From: Fibrobacteria bacterium
GTDB lineage: Bacteria; Fibrobacterota; Fibrobacteria; UBA11236; JADFYW01
DNA length: 64,000 nucleotides
Direction of reading: 5' to 3'
Assembly: GCA_050294405.1 (NCBI GenBank)
Contig: JBNKOC010000012.1
Location: 480,001-544,000 of the forward strand
The translations under genes and the position numbers were made by a program. This document shows, piece after piece, positions 39,129-49,304 of the stretch (position 1 is the first letter of the stretch; each line of letters starts with the position of its first letter). The notes under the pieces are model-generated. The model was given only the letters and a program-made list of their open reading frames with translations. It made no database searches and was not told the origin of the DNA.

Positions 39129-40626
39129 ACCAGAAACTGTTTAGGGCTGCAAAAAACAGGAGCAAGCCCCATTCCATAGGTGTTCCGATAATGTTGTATA
39201 GGGTTTTTCTGGTAGTGACATCAATTTTTTTTCGCAATACCGTTTTTTCAAATAAGGATGTCTTTTCCAGAGTACGCCCCCGGTTGTCGTAAAAAACGCT
39301 AATACCAGCGTTGGAGCATCTTGCAATGGGTATGCCAGATTCAATGGCCCGGAATTTTGTAATGTTTGCATGCTGAAAAGGGGCGGGACTCCGGCCAAAC
39401 CATCCGTCATTGGTAATGTTTATTAATAACTGGGCTCCCTTTTTAACAATCTGGCGGATGTATCCGGGATACACTACTTCGTAGCAAATGGAAGGGCTAT
39501 ATTTGAATTTTTCTCCCCATAAAAATATTTCTGTGCCGGAGGAAAAATCTCCTTCGCCAAAATTCACATAGTTTAACAGAGGGAAAATATTATCGAAGGG
39601 AAGGCGCTCACTGAAGGGCACTAAATAAAGCTTGTTGTATTGCTCTGCCCCTTTTAAACTGTCTTTGGAAAATAAAAAGGCGGCGTTGTAAAAAATATAT
39701 GGCTTTGCAGGGTGGTTGTTAATTTTAAAATCTAAAGATCCAACAATTAAATCGCTGCGGTATTCCATAGCTCTTCTTTTAAATTCGGCATACACTTCGG
39801 GGCGTTGAGATAAAAAAGCGGGGATAGCTGTTTCAGCCAATATAATGATGTCGCTATTTTTTAAATTAGCCTCATCCATTACTCCGTAAGTAGATTCCAT
39901 CACCGATTGAAAATAACCTTCATCCCATTTTTTGGTTTGCTCGATGGAGGGCTGCACCAAGGAAATATCGGCGCTGGAATGAAATTCTCCCGAGGGCATA
40001 AGTTTTAATTCCACAACACCGTAAAGGAGCATTAATGCTGGAACTAAAACCAAAAATTTTAATGCTCCGTAATGTTTTTGATAAAGAAATACGGCTCCCA
40101 GGTAATTTGCCAAATAAATTAAGGCAGAGACGCCAAACACCCCTATAAGAGAAGAAATTTGAATAAAAGGCAAATAGTGTCCCAATGTATAGGCTAAGTG
40201 GCTCCAGGGAAAAGACATCTGGCCGGAGGTGCGAACCACCTCAAGGCCCGTGGCCAATAGGGTAAAAACCAGCCAGCCATAAGATTTTTTTTGCAGACGA
40301 ACTGCCAGCCAGCCCAGGTATCCATTAAAAAGCGAGAGCGCTACAACTAAAAGTAATACTCCAAGTAATATGACTACAGCCGGTCCAACCTTCATAACAT
40401 TGTACAGCCAGAAGTACATGATGATGTTATAGGCCAACCCGGCACTGAAATGATACCAAAAAGCTTTGCGAGGGCTAAGTGAAAAACTGGCCTGCCACAT
40501 TATGGCGGGCAAAACAAAAATCAAGGGACCTAAGTTAAAAGGGGGGTAGCAAAAGGCCCAAAGCAAATGACAAAGCAAAATGGTTATAAAAGGACGGCCT
40601 CTGGTACTTGCTAAAAACGGTGGCAT
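39073..40626 (-). CDS. lnt: Apolipoprotein N-acyltransferase
   Basis: Multiple TMs, FPW, VQP, ETA, YNK..LVPFSE, ICYE, NITNDGWF, RAIE. Confidence 0.95.
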   Translation of the reverse strand: MPPFLASTRGRPFITILLCHLLWAFCYPPFNLGPLIFVLPAIMWQASFSLSPRKAFWYHFSAGLAYNIIMYFWLYNVMKVGPAVVILLGVLLLVVALSLFNGYLGWLAVRLQKKSYGWLVFTLLATGLEVVRTSGQMSFPWSHLAYTLGHYLPFIQISSLIGVFGVSALIYLANYLGAVFLYQKHYGALKFLVLVPALMLLYGVVELKLMPSGEFHSSADISLVQPSIEQTKKWDEGYFQSVMESTYGVMDEANLKNSDIIILAETAIPAFLSQRPEVYAEFKRRAMEYRSDLIVGSLDFKINNHPAKPYIFYNAAFLFSKDSLKGAEQYNKLYLVPFSERLPFDNIFPLLNYVNFGEGDFSSGTEIFLWGEKFKYSPSICYEVVYPGYIRQIVKKGAQLLINITNDGWFGRSPAPFQHANITKFRAIESGIPIARCSNAGISVFYDNRGRTLEKTSLFEKTVLRKKIDVTTRKTLYNIIGTPMEWGLLLFFAALNSFWFIGWLLGKILPALRRRNS

Positions 40627-40639
40627 AGATGTTTTTTAA

Positions 40640-41350
40640 TCATCCTTTATTTTGAGGATGGAATAGGAGCACAAATTCGCCCTTAGGATTTTTGTTTTGG
40701 TAAATGGCAATATGTTCCTGGACGGATTTTACAGATATTTCTTCAAATTTTTTAGTAAGCTCTCTAGCCAATGCCACAATGGTATGGGAGCCAAACACAG
40801 TTTCAATTTCATTTAAAAATTTTTTTAACTGCATAGTGCCGATATAGTAAACAATGGTGGGAGCCCATTTTACATCCTCGTGATACATCTCTTTGTATGC
40901 CTGAAGTTGGTTTAGTCTCGCTGCAGATTTTTTAGGCGGGAAATTGGCAAACAAAAAATGATCCGTAGGCAAGCCTGAGGCCACTAAAGCAGAAATGCCA
41001 GCTACTGGCCCTGGAATTGGATAAACGGGGATGCCCTCTTGCCGGGCCATTCTCACCAGATAAAAGGCAGGGTCAGCAATGCCTGGAGTTCCTGCATCGC
41101 TAATCAGAGAGATTGTTTTTTTTTCTTTTAGCTCTGCTAATATGCCCGGACTTCTTTTTTCTTTGTTAAAATCGTTATAGGATTCGCATTCCACAGAAAT
41201 TTGATAATGGTTTAAAAGCCATCTGGAGTGCCTGGTATCCTCGGCCAGGATTTTATCAGAGGCTTTTAAAGTTTCCACAGCCCTAAAAGTGATGTCTCCC
41301 AAATTTCCAATTGGGGTAGCTACAATATATAATCCGGGTGTCAGGCTCAT
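40640..41350 (-). CDS. rsmI: 16S rRNA C1402 2'-O-methyltransferase
   Basis: LYIVATPIGNLGDIT, AEDTR, SDAGTPGIADP, ARELTK, KGE. Confidence 0.95.
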   Translation of the reverse strand: MSLTPGLYIVATPIGNLGDITFRAVETLKASDKILAEDTRHSRWLLNHYQISVECESYNDFNKEKRSPGILAELKEKKTISLISDAGTPGIADPAFYLVRMARQEGIPVYPIPGPVAGISALVASGLPTDHFLFANFPPKKSAARLNQLQAYKEMYHEDVKWAPTIVYYIGTMQLKKFLNEIETVFGSHTIVALARELTKKFEEISVKSVQEHIAIYQNKNPKGEFVLLFHPQNKG

Positions 41351-41405
41351 TTAATTTCCGGTTTTAAAAATAACCGCGAGCCGTAAATATTACAATAAAA
41401 GAAAG

Positions 41406-44400
41406 CTATTTGCGCTTCATTCGAAACATTTTAAACAGGGAAGAGCTGTTTTCACTCCCTGAGCTGGCCACAACTTTTAAATAATAAAGGCCATTGGATA
41501 CCGGACGTCCGCTTTCATCTTTTCCGTTCCAAACAATTTCCCGATATCCGGTTCCCGCCGGTTCCTCCAGCTTTTTAACCAACCGTCCTGCTCTGGAATA
41601 AATTTTAAGGCTCACTTTGTCAGCCCAATCGGTGAGTTGGTACACAATTATGACGCTATCGGCAAAGGGGTTGGGGTAGGAACCATAAAGCCGGATTTTT
41701 AATCCTTGTCCCTTTTTATAAACCAGGCTTTCTTCTATTCGGTTTCCGCTAATATCATAGGCCACAACAGTTAAGGAATCCCTTTGTATTTTACCCTTGG
41801 GTTCGTATTGGATCACACCTGATTTGGCGAGGGCACCCACAGGAGCATTTACGGTAGTTGTGCTGTCAATTTCCCGATTGCCGCTAATAATTTGGGGAGG
41901 GTGGAGGTAGTAGTCCAAACCAACATCATCTTTTAATGTGATTTGCAACGGAGAGTTTTGCGGAATATAATCTTCCTGTAGTAAGAATTGTCCCTGGGCT
42001 GAAAACTGCACCTTGGGCAGTACTTTGTCCTGATTATAAAACATACCATATACACCGGGTACATATAAACTAGCCCCAGACAAACTCCCACTTAAGCTAT
42101 CCAGTTTTAACCATTGGGACTGGGGAGGTAAATTATAGTGCCAGTAAGCCCTTTCAAGCGCGGCTTTTTTTAAAACGGAAGGCTGGCTGGAGTAGATTTC
42201 ATATTGTGTGTTAGCACTGCCATTCCAACTGATAGAATAATAACCGGAGTTGGCCTCCTCAAATTCGGCAGGAGATAAGTGCTCTGGAAGTGCAAAGCTG
42301 TTTTGGGTTTTGGCCTCAATGAAAAATCTTTTGGCCGTACCGGAACGGTTGATTATATACATAGTGGAATCTTTAGTATAAAGGCGTTGGGATTCGCTGT
42401 TTAAATTTTTTGTGTATATTTCAAAGCTGCTGTCTTTTTGATTGTTTAACATGTTGCTTTCCAGCAGGCTGTCAGAAGGAGATATAAAGAATTGCAGAGT
42501 CTTTAATAAATCTCCATCTTTCAAATCAAAAAACATAGAGTCAGACGCCCCTGAACCCAATTTTTGGCTATAAGTCTTAGTTTCGGTTTTTTGAACCACT
42601 CCATTGTCTAAAACATTGAGTTGGAGCTTAAAGGCCGAATCGCTACCAGCGCCATTATTGCTAAAGTGAACCCAAATTCCGAGTTTGTTTTGTACGGGAA
42701 TGGTAAAACTGTTTTTTCCCAGTTCTAAATCCGATGGCAATACAATCGGAGCCGTATAAACTTTGGTTTGAATTCCCGGTAAATCAATGATTGAGCCATT
42801 GTTGGATTGAACGCTTAAAGACATTCGTATTCTGTAAAATAAAACGGGATCTTTTATGTTGCTGGATAAATCAAGGATGGGAACAGCGGATAAAGTTTCG
42901 AAAACTCCAGGAGATTTTTGAGTTAACAATACTTCTTTTTGAGGGATGAAATCCGTGCTGGCGGCGCTACCTAAATAAAAAGAAACACTTCCTCCGTTTA
43001 AGGTTATTTCTCCATCAAGTTTTTCCAGCTTAAAACCAATTCTCACCGAGCTGTTGAGCCTTAATGGATTGGGTTTTACTACCAGCGAGTCTAACATCCA
43101 GTCCAAAGAATTAAAGGCGGCGTACTTTACTGTGGACTTTTTACTGTCCCACATATGGCTGATAACTTTTCCCTCTTCGATAACGGGGAAGTTTCCAGAA
43201 TTATTTGTGCGAAATTGAAAGGACTCCGAATATTCGTCCCCGGAAATTTCCAAGGCCCGGCTAAAATAATTGGAATCATTTCCAATAACAGATATCACAG
43301 CTTCCGGGTTTTCCAGGCTAATATTGCCATCGCTTACAAAAAGACCTGGTGTAGATGCTGTGGGAGAACCCTCTACTGTCAAAGCTTTTGTTGCCAAGGG
43401 AAACTCAATGGGAAGGGCGGGGTCTCCCAATAAATCAAACTCTCCCAGAATAGGGGCAAAGTCAAGGCCTGTTAATAAGCTGACCATGTTTTCGGCTGAG
43501 GCAATAATTTGGCCCGAAGTTTTTATCCCACCACTCAGTGTCTGTTTAAAGACCTGCTCGGAAAGAAGTGAGGCCGCCACAGAACTGATGTATCCAGAAG
43601 CTCCGTAAAAAGACAGCGCCCCTGCTTTCGGATAGCGAAGCATTTCTTCTCCCAAACTGCGGTAATCCGTGTCTTCAAAAAAACCGGTTAAACAGGTAAA
43701 GGATGTAATTAAAGGAATAGCAAATTCCCCCCGCAGAGAATCTCTATCTATTTCATCCATAGTTAACATACCCGCATCAGACCAGACCGAACCGCCTCCA
43801 TGTCCGGTAAAACTCACCAAATTAAAAGCGGAATCCATCATATCAAAAAGAGAAGGCCCTTGCCCCCTTGATCTGTAATAAGGGCTATTGGATTCCACAT
43901 CCCATCGGCTGTACTGCCTGTTGTTGTCAATTAGCAGACTTTGCAGATTATTGTTGTTCTTGGTGAATATGCTCTCAAATCCTCCCAACAAAAGGGCTTT
44001 GTTTTGCCAATGTCCATTGGGGCGCTCTTTTTCGTAATTTAATATTTTTTGAATCACTATTGAAAGACTGGGTTTGTCAATTACGGGTATGCGGCCAATC
44101 CACAAATCCTGAATATTATCTTCTCCAGAGATTTTCGCATAGTAATCATCGTTACTGGTAACTCCCCAGCCTGGAATATGTATTAAATGCGTTGGTACAA
44201 TATTTTGGCTTCGGCCTGCGTCAGTTTTATCAAATAACATAGTTGTTTCCCCCAATAGTAATACATATATGGGAGCCGGCCTTTTCCACTGATGGTAAGC
44301 GTAGTTAATAAAACTTTTTATGCTGGATGGGTTTGCGGTTCCATCACCAAAATTTGCATATATGTGGTCCGCCAGAACGGTTTGTACGCTAAGTCCCGAT

Positions 44401-46223
44401 TCTTCTCTGAGATTAACCAGGGAATCCAAGGCTGTTCCCAATAGTTTTTTTTGAGTGATAATTAAATAATCAGCTTGCAGAATGCTGGTCTTTAAATTTT
44501 GTATGGTATCCAGATATATACCCGGAGTTAAAAAATCTTCTTTCTGCATCAACAAATATTCGGTAAAAGAGTTTTGGTTGTCCGAAAAGGAAATTTGCAG
44601 CGTTTTGCCAGTTGAAATGGTATTAAAACCGGAAAGTTTTCGGCCTTCCATATCCCATAAGGAAAAATTGTTACCAGTTAAGTTTTGGATCGCAAAATTT
44701 GTAGAGCCTTGTTCTGAGGGAAAATTATTGTTGAACCTTAAATAGTTGCCAACTGCTTTTAACTGAGAGGAAAATTCAATTTGAATCCAATCCAGGTACG
44801 CGTCCTGAACTTCTACCAGGCCTCCTTCAGCAGTTCTCAAATCATTTATTTTTTGCAGGGTTAATATATTGCCACCGGATTTTAAAAGATCTGAGGGAAA
44901 GTAATCCGAAGTCCATATATAGGCATCTGTCCCTGACCAAAGAGCCTCGTTTTGGCGGCCGTTTATAAAGGAAATATCGTTGGAGTTTAATAAAAATTTA
45001 ACATGGTGGTCCAAAGGAGCGGTGAGAACATCGGTTATTCCCTGTAAACGCAAGGTTACGCGCGCCGAATCCCCGCCTAGTTCAGAATTTTCTTTGTTTA
45101 CAGGGCTATAATTCAACTGAAAGGCGATATCCTTGGCATCCTCATTGGGACCCTGATTGTCCCAAAACCAAAAATCAGACACAGAGGAACTGCCCACATT
45201 ATTTCCCAAATCCAAAACATCAGCTACAGCCACTCCACCCAGGCGGATGATTTTATTATCCTGTTCCAAATGAAGTTTTACCGGATAATGGGAAAGGGGT
45301 TTTATTTCTTTTTCTTCCTGCACAACGCCTGCGATGGCCCCTGGCACCGGGCTTAAAGGAGCCCGTAAGCCGTACTTGCTGTTATTCCAACTCATGTATA
45401 ATACGGCATCTTCCGTATAAAAGGAGTTGTAAGATTGGGTTCCGTTGCTGAGCAAACTTCCCTCGGGCCTTACTCCCAAAAATTCTATGTAGTCCTCTTT
45501 ATCAAATTTTCCGTCATTTTCCCCGTGTATGTATATGGGTATTTGCCTTCCTTGAAATATCAATTTGATGTATCGTGGATCTATGTTATTTAAAGGCAAG
45601 CCTGCATTTTTCAGTTCTTCAAATCCAAGCGTGTATATTTTTTCTTCACTGGTTCGGACGACGAGCCGTTCTCCTGTGATATCTTCCTGGACTGATGTTT
45701 TGGCCAGCGGGTTGCTGAAACTATTTTCCACAAACCTCCATTTTCTGCTTTGGGAGTAGTTAAGCAAGTAGCTTTTTAAAAACTGCTCAGAGGGATGGCT
45801 TTCTGCTGGGGGAAAACTTGGCCTGCTGCTGTTGGAAAACAAATTTTGGGGATTGAAAAAAATGTTGAACTCTACTTTTTGTAACAGGTATTGCTTAGCT
45901 CCCTCCTGGAATAAAGGGTTAAAATAAATTCCGGCCAATTCCAAATCCCTGAAGCGGCCCATTTTTTTTACTCCCGGGGAAAAGGCTTCCGCTTTTTTAG
46001 ATTCGGTAGGAACAGTTAGCAATTGTTTTTCAATAATTTTGTATTGGAGGGATGGATTGTGGTTAAAAGGAAGGGCAATCACCCTTTCTACTTTTTGTTT
46101 TGAGCCATCGCCCATAGATTGCTGCCATTTAAGCTGCAACATCCCAGAGTTTTCTTCCAGGATTTGCCAGGAAGCCCAGAGGGGGGAAAGGAGTACCAAA
46201 AAGGAGAATAAGTACTTCATCAC
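41406..46223 (-). CDS. C25 (gingipain/PorU-like) cysteine peptidase with Ig-like domains and a FlgD-Ig/T9SS-type C-terminal domain
   Basis: DYLIIT, YVLLLG, SNDDYY, IGRIP, catalytic FTGHG and FTC, LLGDPA; C-terminal YPNPF...WNGKDESGRPVSNGLY. Confidence 0.88.
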   Translation of the reverse strand: MMKYLFSFLVLLSPLWASWQILEENSGMLQLKWQQSMGDGSKQKVERVIALPFNHNPSLQYKIIEKQLLTVPTESKKAEAFSPGVKKMGRFRDLELAGIYFNPLFQEGAKQYLLQKVEFNIFFNPQNLFSNSSRPSFPPAESHPSEQFLKSYLLNYSQSRKWRFVENSFSNPLAKTSVQEDITGERLVVRTSEEKIYTLGFEELKNAGLPLNNIDPRYIKLIFQGRQIPIYIHGENDGKFDKEDYIEFLGVRPEGSLLSNGTQSYNSFYTEDAVLYMSWNNSKYGLRAPLSPVPGAIAGVVQEEKEIKPLSHYPVKLHLEQDNKIIRLGGVAVADVLDLGNNVGSSSVSDFWFWDNQGPNEDAKDIAFQLNYSPVNKENSELGGDSARVTLRLQGITDVLTAPLDHHVKFLLNSNDISFINGRQNEALWSGTDAYIWTSDYFPSDLLKSGGNILTLQKINDLRTAEGGLVEVQDAYLDWIQIEFSSQLKAVGNYLRFNNNFPSEQGSTNFAIQNLTGNNFSLWDMEGRKLSGFNTISTGKTLQISFSDNQNSFTEYLLMQKEDFLTPGIYLDTIQNLKTSILQADYLIITQKKLLGTALDSLVNLREESGLSVQTVLADHIYANFGDGTANPSSIKSFINYAYHQWKRPAPIYVLLLGETTMLFDKTDAGRSQNIVPTHLIHIPGWGVTSNDDYYAKISGEDNIQDLWIGRIPVIDKPSLSIVIQKILNYEKERPNGHWQNKALLLGGFESIFTKNNNNLQSLLIDNNRQYSRWDVESNSPYYRSRGQGPSLFDMMDSAFNLVSFTGHGGGSVWSDAGMLTMDEIDRDSLRGEFAIPLITSFTCLTGFFEDTDYRSLGEEMLRYPKAGALSFYGASGYISSVAASLLSEQVFKQTLSGGIKTSGQIIASAENMVSLLTGLDFAPILGEFDLLGDPALPIEFPLATKALTVEGSPTASTPGLFVSDGNISLENPEAVISVIGNDSNYFSRALEISGDEYSESFQFRTNNSGNFPVIEEGKVISHMWDSKKSTVKYAAFNSLDWMLDSLVVKPNPLRLNSSVRIGFKLEKLDGEITLNGGSVSFYLGSAASTDFIPQKEVLLTQKSPGVFETLSAVPILDLSSNIKDPVLFYRIRMSLSVQSNNGSIIDLPGIQTKVYTAPIVLPSDLELGKNSFTIPVQNKLGIWVHFSNNGAGSDSAFKLQLNVLDNGVVQKTETKTYSQKLGSGASDSMFFDLKDGDLLKTLQFFISPSDSLLESNMLNNQKDSSFEIYTKNLNSESQRLYTKDSTMYIINRSGTAKRFFIEAKTQNSFALPEHLSPAEFEEANSGYYSISWNGSANTQYEIYSSQPSVLKKAALERAYWHYNLPPQSQWLKLDSLSGSLSGASLYVPGVYGMFYNQDKVLPKVQFSAQGQFLLQEDYIPQNSPLQITLKDDVGLDYYLHPPQIISGNREIDSTTTVNAPVGALAKSGVIQYEPKGKIQRDSLTVVAYDISGNRIEESLVYKKGQGLKIRLYGSYPNPFADSVIIVYQLTDWADKVSLKIYSRAGRLVKKLEEPAGTGYREIVWNGKDESGRPVSNGLYYLKVVASSGSENSSSLFKMFRMKRK

Positions 46224-46999
46224 TCTGGCTTTAGCCGATAAAAATACGAGCAGCTTAAGGTTTGATAACGGTTAACAGGGTTGTTATTTGGCACTTCTGT
46301 GGATTTTATGCACCATTTTACCATGACTGTATCGGAAGGAAAAGGAAACTGCAAGGAATCTTTGGCCTCGTCGGTCCGGTAATATATGGAGGCATCAGTG
46401 GAGTTAAAAGGAAAATTTTGCTTTTGAATGTATTCGCGCTTGCCATTAACATACAAGAAGGCGTAAAAGTCGTAGTGCACGCCGCGGTCGTGAGCGGACT
46501 GGACCTGGAAAATACTTTTCAAGCTGTTGCTGTAGCTGCCTTGGGCTGGTGATAACATATTCACTTTGGGTAGCAAACCTATTTTTTGATATACAATATC
46601 CCGGCTTCTCCATTCCTGCCCGGTAAATTCTTCATAAACTCCTTCCACTCCAAAATAAATTTGAGACCAACTGCTATCCAATGAAGGAAAATTCAAAATT
46701 AAACTCCTGCGCTGGGCGGAAACTTTTTTAATCAGGATTTCCGAGGTACCCGATTCCTCCAGGCGGTAATAAATATCAAAATAGCTAAGGCGCGAAGAAT
46801 CTTTTTCGCTCACCTCCCAATGAAGCTCCACTCCAAGAGAAGTTTCAAGACTATCGGAAAGAGCCAACTGGACGGAGATTATATCCACCGCATCGATTAA
46901 AATATCTTTTTGCTCGGAACAGGCGATAAATGCCCATAGAAAAACAGGAGTTAAACTAATTAACCCAAAAGCATTTTTGAATTTGGCCGAAAACTCCAT
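46220..46999 (-). CDS. Hypothetical lipoprotein (FN3-like)
   Basis: Lipobox AFIAC; VELHW..YFDIYYR FN3-like pattern; 4-bp overlap with the C25 gene. Confidence 0.65.
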   Translation of the reverse strand: MEFSAKFKNAFGLISLTPVFLWAFIACSEQKDILIDAVDIISVQLALSDSLETSLGVELHWEVSEKDSSRLSYFDIYYRLEESGTSEILIKKVSAQRRSLILNFPSLDSSWSQIYFGVEGVYEEFTGQEWRSRDIVYQKIGLLPKVNMLSPAQGSYSNSLKSIFQVQSAHDRGVHYDFYAFLYVNGKREYIQKQNFPFNSTDASIYYRTDEAKDSLQFPFPSDTVMVKWCIKSTEVPNNNPVNRYQTLSCSYFYRLKPE

Positions 47000-47026
47000 G
47001 ATTTTGGAAGGAACATATTCGGGCCT

Positions 47027-47779
47027 TTAAAAACGCCACAACACAATGCCAACTCCCAGGGACAATACGGATAATAACCCCATTGCATTGCGTTTTTTAA
47101 TATGATCTTCCAATTCATTGTACAATTTATCGTAATCTGATGCACCGTCTACTTTGTGCCTATCATATGCTTCGTTGGCGTCTCTGGCAAGTCTCTCTTC
47201 GTTTAATGCCAAGACAAAAGATAGAGCGGAGAGGGAAAATGCCGTGATTTTTCCGATTTTTTTCCAATTGAGAGGGGGCTGTTCTGGAGCCGCTGGTCCG
47301 GTGGCGAATTCGCCAGTGACCAAGTTTCTCAATTGCACTTCTTTATTCAAGACCTCTGAAGTTTTGATTAAAACTTTAAAACTGGTGTCCGCATAACCCT
47401 CAGGGCCGGTTATTTCCACCCAATGTCCTCCAGCGGGAATTAAAATCATATCGGAAAGGCCCACAGTGGTTTCTCTGTCTAGCCGAATACTTTTAAATCC
47501 GGGAAAAATGGTCATGGATAAGTAGCCGTAATTTATTTCTCCATCTGACATGGGTTTTAGAGTGTCTCCCATGGGCTGGCTATTGGCTTTGGATTCGGTG
47601 GAATCAACAACATCTGTTTGCACAAGGCTATCTACCGCCTGGGAGGAGTCGGCTTTTAAATTGAATTTGGTAATATCAAAACGACCCTGCCCCTGAATTT
47701 GGCTATATAAACCCAGAAAAACCAGGAACGATGCGATTGCTGCCCCTCGAACAATTCCCAATTTTCTTATTAAACTCAA
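47027..47779 (-). CDS. Hypothetical PEGA-like domain membrane protein
   Basis: N-terminal TM/signal; GYLSM..PG..IRLD..IPAGGHWVEI..EGY (PEGA-like); C-terminal TM hairpin. Confidence 0.6.
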   Translation of the reverse strand: MSLIRKLGIVRGAAIASFLVFLGLYSQIQGQGRFDITKFNLKADSSQAVDSLVQTDVVDSTESKANSQPMGDTLKPMSDGEINYGYLSMTIFPGFKSIRLDRETTVGLSDMILIPAGGHWVEITGPEGYADTSFKVLIKTSEVLNKEVQLRNLVTGEFATGPAAPEQPPLNWKKIGKITAFSLSALSFVLALNEERLARDANEAYDRHKVDGASDYDKLYNELEDHIKKRNAMGLLSVLSLGVGIVLWRF

Positions 47780-47904
47780 TTGGACCTGTGCTTTAACCCT
47801 AGATTTACACCAAATAAGATTTTCAAAAAAAAATCTCTGATAATTATTTAATTTAATTTAATAAATACAGGAAAAAGGCCGGATAGAAAACCCCTAATAA
47901 AAAT

Positions 47905-48342
47905 ATGAAAAATTTTAAAAAGCTATTTGAAGAAGCCGAACAAAAATACAAAAGCTATTTAAAACTCCGGTCTATGTTCTACACCAAGGAGCGCAAGACT
48001 ATTTTGGATTGCGTCTTAAAAAGGCAGGACCATTTTTCAGCTGACGAACTTTTTTTAGATATCCAAACCCAAAAAATCAGGGTATCCCGCGCCACTATAT
48101 ACAGATGTTTACATCAAATGGTGGAATGCGGTATTTTATTTGAAGCGGATTTTGGACATGGACACGCTCATTATGAGGTGGCGCACGAAGGGGACACCCA
48201 CATCCATCTTATTTGCACCCGAACTGGAACTGTAAAAGAAGTGCAGGATAAAGAACTGGATGTTTTAATTGCGAAAATTGCCAAAAAAGAAAACCTGGAT
48301 TTAAAACACCAAAAAATTCAGTTATTTGGCGAATTGAAATAG
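47905..48342 (+). CDS. Fur family transcriptional regulator
   Basis: TKERKTIL, HFSADEL, VSRATIYR, HIHLIC..G. Confidence 0.9.
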   Translation: MKNFKKLFEEAEQKYKSYLKLRSMFYTKERKTILDCVLKRQDHFSADELFLDIQTQKIRVSRATIYRCLHQMVECGILFEADFGHGHAHYEVAHEGDTHIHLICTRTGTVKEVQDKELDVLIAKIAKKENLDLKHQKIQLFGELK

Positions 48343-48428
48343 TCGGGACAAGATTCCGGCGAAGGGCGACCGATAGCGCTTAAATTACCGACCCGGCAAG
48401 CTTGAAGAAGCCTGCAACTCCCAATTTT

Positions 48429-49007
48429 TTAATAATCTCCGGAGATTAATCCATGAGAACGCAGCGCATGTAAAATCCGTTCGTGAACTGTGTTTATGGG
48501 AGCAGAACCATCCACAGGAAGAAAAATATTTCTTTCGTTATAAAGTTGGATGAGAGGCTCGGTATGCTTGTGAAAAATTTCAAAGCGCTTCACGAGGGCC
48601 TCTTCGTTGTCATCTGCACGAACAGCTTTTCCATCCTTTCTTCCCTGGGCCCTTTGCATGGCAATATCCTGGCTTAACTCCAGGTGAATCACCCCGGCAA
48701 TTTCGTATTTGGCAAATAAATATTCAGCCTGGGCTCTGTTACGGGGAAAACCATCTAACAAAAAACTGTATTTGAAATCGTGAATATCCAATCGACGCTG
48801 AACCAGGTCAATCATCAAGTCATCGCTGGCAAGATTGCCTTTGTTAATGGCCTTTAATTTACCGCCAAAGGTGGTGCGATGGGCCAAGTGCCAACGGCAA
48901 AGTGCGCCAGTCCCAATATGAACCCAGCCTAGTTTTTCTTCTAGCATGCGAGCTTGGGTGCCTTTTCCGGAGCCCTGAATCCCTGAAATAATAAAATGCT
49001 TTGCCAT
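48429..49007 (-). CDS. adk: Adenylate kinase (short-LID type)
   Basis: GxQGSGKGTQA, HIGTG, LLDGFPRN, RADD. Confidence 0.88.
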   Translation of the reverse strand: MAKHFIISGIQGSGKGTQARMLEEKLGWVHIGTGALCRWHLAHRTTFGGKLKAINKGNLASDDLMIDLVQRRLDIHDFKYSFLLDGFPRNRAQAEYLFAKYEIAGVIHLELSQDIAMQRAQGRKDGKAVRADDNEEALVKRFEIFHKHTEPLIQLYNERNIFLPVDGSAPINTVHERILHALRSHGLISGDY

Positions 49008-49304
49008 TTGAATTTCCCAACTTGTTAATATTTTGAATATAATTTGCTGCTACAGCATTTTCCCAGAATTTTGGAGCACTTTTTTCCAATATGGTACATC
49101 TTCCAGATTGTACTACTTAAATTAAAAGAAACGAGAGTATTTTATGCCTGGCTCTACCTACAACATCCTGAAAGGAAAAAATTGGAGAAAGAGCAAAATG
49201 CGGCTATCCATAAAACCGAAATTTTTATATCTCAAGAAGAGGTTCTTTTTGCTAATTAATAGCAAATTGGCTATTCCAAATAAGCCATATGAAGGAAGAT
49301 TAAA

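Noticed and set aside
47838..47860. Fur box upstream of the fur-like gene
   Set aside because: Only about 11/19 match in extremely AT-rich DNA; not distinguishable from background.
49044..49259. 71-aa ORF between adk and hldD
   Set aside because: TTG start without an RBS inside a divergent promoter region; no recognisable family.
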